A DNA stretch of 64,000 bases. It comes from Methylohalobius sp. GTDB taxonomy: Bacteria; Pseudomonadota; Gammaproteobacteria; Methylococcales; Methylothermaceae. The notes under the pieces are model-generated. The model saw only the letters and a list, made by a program, of their open reading frames with translations. It ran no database searches and had not been told where the DNA came from. Where the stretch lies: positions 45,324 through 109,323 of the forward strand of contig JAOAHI010000002.1 of the NCBI GenBank assembly GCA_026415315.1, given 5' to 3'. Within the stretch, counting starts at the first letter, position 1, and each line of letters begins with the position of its first letter. Both the position numbers and the translations under genes were made by a program. Positions 61,243-64,000 of this stretch are shown here, one piece after another.

Positions 61243-61352
61243 GCCCACTTTATATTGAAATTCTCGATGTTTAAATTTTAACAATTCTATTTTACTTATA
61301 AATCGGCTTTAGCTAAGCTAAGAATCGAATTTGCACTCATGAGGGACGAACC

Positions 61353-62018
61353 ATGCAGAAGCTGATCCAAGGCATTCACCGTTTCCAAAAGGAAGTCTTC
61401 GGCTCGCAGCGTGAGTTGTTTGCTCGCCTGGCGCAAGGCCAGCATCCGGAGGTGCTGTTTATCACCTGCTCGGACTCCCGCATTGACCCCAACTTGATCA
61501 CCCAAACCCAACCGGGAGAGCTATTCATTCTGCGCAATGCGGGCAACCTCGTGCCGCCGTATGGGGCAGTGATGGGAGGAGAAGCTGCCACTATCGAGTT
61601 TGCAGTGGCCGGTCTTGGGGTAAAAGATATTATCGTTTGCGGCCATTCCCACTGCGGGGCCATGCAAGGGCTGCTTAATCCCCCCCCCACACGCGACTTT
61701 CCGGCTTTGACCCACTGGTTAACATATGCCGAACCTACCCGCCGTACCGTAGTGGAAAAATACGCGCTCGACGGTCAAGCCTTGCTCAACGTTACGATCC
61801 AGGAGAACGTTCTGATGCAGATGGAAAACCTGCGCACGCATCCAACGGTTGCAGCAGGACTTGCCCAAGGCAAGCTCAAACTGCACGGTTGGGTGTATAA
61901 GATCGAAACCGGAGAGGTGTTTGGCTATGATCCGGACGTCGGGCAATTTACGCTGTTGACGGAACAGCGGATCCCCAGGCCCATGCCTTACCCAATTTTG
62001 ACTGCCAAGACGATCTAA
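61353..62018 (+). CDS. Beta-class carbonic anhydrase
   Basis: CSDSR and HSHCG zinc ligands, RNAGN, HGWVY; no signal peptide. Confidence 0.96.
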   Translation: MQKLIQGIHRFQKEVFGSQRELFARLAQGQHPEVLFITCSDSRIDPNLITQTQPGELFILRNAGNLVPPYGAVMGGEAATIEFAVAGLGVKDIIVCGHSHCGAMQGLLNPPPTRDFPALTHWLTYAEPTRRTVVEKYALDGQALLNVTIQENVLMQMENLRTHPTVAAGLAQGKLKLHGWVYKIETGEVFGYDPDVGQFTLLTEQRIPRPMPYPILTAKTI

Positions 62019-62714
62019 GTGAGAAAATACAGCTGGCTCAGTGCCTTTTTGCTCCTGTTCTCCGCCATTGGCCAAGCGGAGACCCAGGAGGATTTTCGAC
62101 TGTGGAGCAATGTCACGGCTGTTACGAACTTAGGTCGCGTGGACGAGCGCTTGGCACGCTGGCGATTGTGGACAGAGGTGCAAAACCGTTGGCGGGATAT
62201 GGCCAAAGATGCCGATTTGGACCAACTTCTAGTTAGGCTCGGGCTGGGCTATGCGTTAACCGGGCAACTGACCGCATGGGCGGGCTATGGCTATATCCCG
62301 ACTTTTACCCCAGCCGACAAGGTCGTTAACGAACATCGGCTGTGGCAACAGCTTTTATGGGTGGAAAGCTTTGGACCTTGGCACTTTTCCAGCCGCACCC
62401 GCCTGGAGGAGCGCTTCATCGAGGGGGCAAAAGAACTACTGTGGCGCTACCGCCAATTCGTGCGCCTCTCCTACCCATTGAGTCTAGATTTACCTGTAAG
62501 CTTAGTCCTATGGGATGAGGTATTCTTCCATCTGAACTCGGCCAGCCCCGCCATTCAAAGCGGCTTCGATCAAAACCGCGCGTTTTTGGGGATAGGTTGG
62601 CAACCGGTTCCCACAACCAGGATAGAGGCAGGTTACCTCAACCAATTCCTCGACCTTCCAACCTTAGATCGGGTTAACCATATCGTATCGCTAAACCTAT
62701 TTTTCAACTTCTAG
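62019..62714 (+). CDS. Outer-membrane beta-barrel protein (DUF2490-like)
   Basis: Signal peptide, NEHRLWQQ, RTRLEERF, FDQNR, terminal Phe (LFFNF); GTG directly after the carbonic anhydrase stop. Confidence 0.8.
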   Translation: MRKYSWLSAFLLLFSAIGQAETQEDFRLWSNVTAVTNLGRVDERLARWRLWTEVQNRWRDMAKDADLDQLLVRLGLGYALTGQLTAWAGYGYIPTFTPADKVVNEHRLWQQLLWVESFGPWHFSSRTRLEERFIEGAKELLWRYRQFVRLSYPLSLDLPVSLVLWDEVFFHLNSASPAIQSGFDQNRAFLGIGWQPVPTTRIEAGYLNQFLDLPTLDRVNHIVSLNLFFNF

Positions 62715-62727
62715 GAAGAGCGTGGTC

Positions 62728-64000
62728 ATGAAAAAAACAAGCTATCTAACCGTGCGTCACTGGAAAGAGGATCTGCTCGCCTCCATCGTAGTGTTTTTAG
62801 TGGCTCTCCCCCTGTCTATGGGGATCGCCATCGCCTCCGGCGTTCCGCTCGAGAAAGCCGCCGCAGTCGGCTTATTCACTGCGGCCATCGCCGGCATAGT
62901 CAACGGCACTTTATCGGGTTGTCCGCTGCAAGTGAGCGGACCGGCCGCCGGCTTGGCCGTGATGGTAGCTTTGTTTGTCGAACGCTTCGGGTTTGACAAC
63001 CTGGGAATCATCGTCCTGCTTGCTGGACTGATTCAACTTGCCGCCGGAATGCTTCGCCTAGGACCGGTGTTTCGCGCCGTCTCGCCCGCGTTAATTCAAG
63101 GCATGCTCGCCGGAATCGGGGTCTTGATCTTTGCCGCCCAGTTTCACGTCATGGTGGACGACCTCCCCCCGGGAACCGGTAAAGAGTTCGGTGGCCTGAT
63201 TAACCTTTGGACATTGCCTAAGGCGGTCTGGAAAGGCGTCATGGAAACCGCCCACCGTCCGGCCGCACTTACCGGCCTGTTGACGATTGCAACGATCGTG
63301 CTTTGGGCAAAATGGTCGCCTGCCAAACTCAAGCTGATTCCGCCACCCTTGATCGGGGTCATTGTGGGAACAGCTTTTGCTGTTATCTTAAGTCTTCCCG
63401 CCAAAACGGTGCCGGTTCCAGAGAACTTGCTCAGCGCCATCGATTGGCTGCATCCTTTGGATTTTCACTTACTGGGTCAGGCAGGTATTTGGTGGGCAGC
63501 TGTCTCGCTGGCGTTTGTGGCCAGCGCCGAATCCCTGCTAACCGCCACCGCCGTGGACGCGATGCAAAATCGCACGCCGCGCACACGCTACAGCCAGGAA
63601 CTGTTTGCCCAAGGCGTAGGCAACACAGTGGCGGGCATCTTGGGGTTAATGCCCATGACCGGAGTGATTGTGCGCTCCACGGCCAACGTTATGGCCGGGG
63701 CTTACACGAGGCTGTCGGCGATCTTGCACGGGGTGTGGATTTTGGTGTTCGTAGCGCTCTTGCCGGACATCTTGCGCTTGATCCCCGTGGCCAGCTTGGC
63801 AGCAGTGCTGGTTTACACCGGCTTTAAGTTGATGAACCCTAAGGTCATACGCGAATTGTGGCAGACCGACCGCTCCGAAGCTGGCGTTTATACAGCTACC
63901 CTGGTCTCCGTGGTGGCCATAGACCTGCTCACCGGTATCGTGATCGGGATTGTGTTAGCCTTGGTCAAGCTGCTATGGAGCATTTCCCGCTTGGAGATCG
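62728..64000 (+). CDS. SulP/SLC26-family anion transporter, 5' part (absent from ORF track, runs off window end)
   Basis: Manual translation MKKTSYLTVRHWKEDLLASIVVFLVALPLSMGIAIASG...QVSGPAAGL...ELFAQGVGN...GVIVRSTAN. Confidence 0.93.
   Translation, partial: MKKTSYLTVRHWKEDLLASIVVFLVALPLSMGIAIASGVPLEKAAAVGLFTAAIAGIVNGTLSGCPLQVSGPAAGLAVMVALFVERFGFDNLGIIVLLAGLIQLAAGMLRLGPVFRAVSPALIQGMLAGIGVLIFAAQFHVMVDDLPPGTGKEFGGLINLWTLPKAVWKGVMETAHRPAALTGLLTIATIVLWAKWSPAKLKLIPPPLIGVIVGTAFAVILSLPAKTVPVPENLLSAIDWLHPLDFHLLGQAGIWWAAVSLAFVASAESLLTATAVDAMQNRTPRTRYSQELFAQGVGNTVAGILGLMPMTGVIVRSTANVMAGAYTRLSAILHGVWILVFVALLPDILRLIPVASLAAVLVYTGFKLMNPKVIRELWQTDRSEAGVYTATLVSVVAIDLLTGIVIGIVLALVKLLWSISRLEI

Overview
Chromosomal core region of a Gammaproteobacterium. 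An orphan MxaJ/XoxJ-family gene and the general gene content suggest a methylotroph or methanotroph such as Methylococcales; this is inference. In order, the window holds: hfq-hflX-hflK-hflC-hisZ-purA (minus strand); ispH; rpmH-rnpA-yidD-yidC-mnmE; dnaA-dnaN running tail-to-tail into a complete dcw cluster (mraZ to ftsZ), with no recF/gyrB or lpxC alongside; a coupled PP-loop sulfur-insertion enzyme/TusA/CDF operon; a nitrogen island (glnA, glnK-amtB, a second tail-less Amt, glnLG) with clear sigma54 and NtrC sites; a RelA-like protein lacking its ACT domain; metH; two hypothetical genes; an acyl-CoA synthetase; an unannotated 55-aa membrane protein; a MxaJ/XoxJ-like protein; a CBS protein; a P-loop ATPase-metA pair; tyrS-phosphomannomutase; anmK; erpA with an IscR box; and a SMUG1-type glycosylase. 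The window ends in a divergent locus of an NhaR-like LysR plus bestrophin versus beta-carbonic anhydrase, a DUF2490-like barrel and SulP. I found no rRNA, tRNA, CRISPR array or transposase. The best candidates for undescribed systems are the putative inorganic-carbon/anion module (59360-64000), the PP-loop-TusA-CDF operon (30946-33361), the ATPase-metA pair and the small membrane ORF. Family assignments come from motif recognition by eye; no database searches were run.
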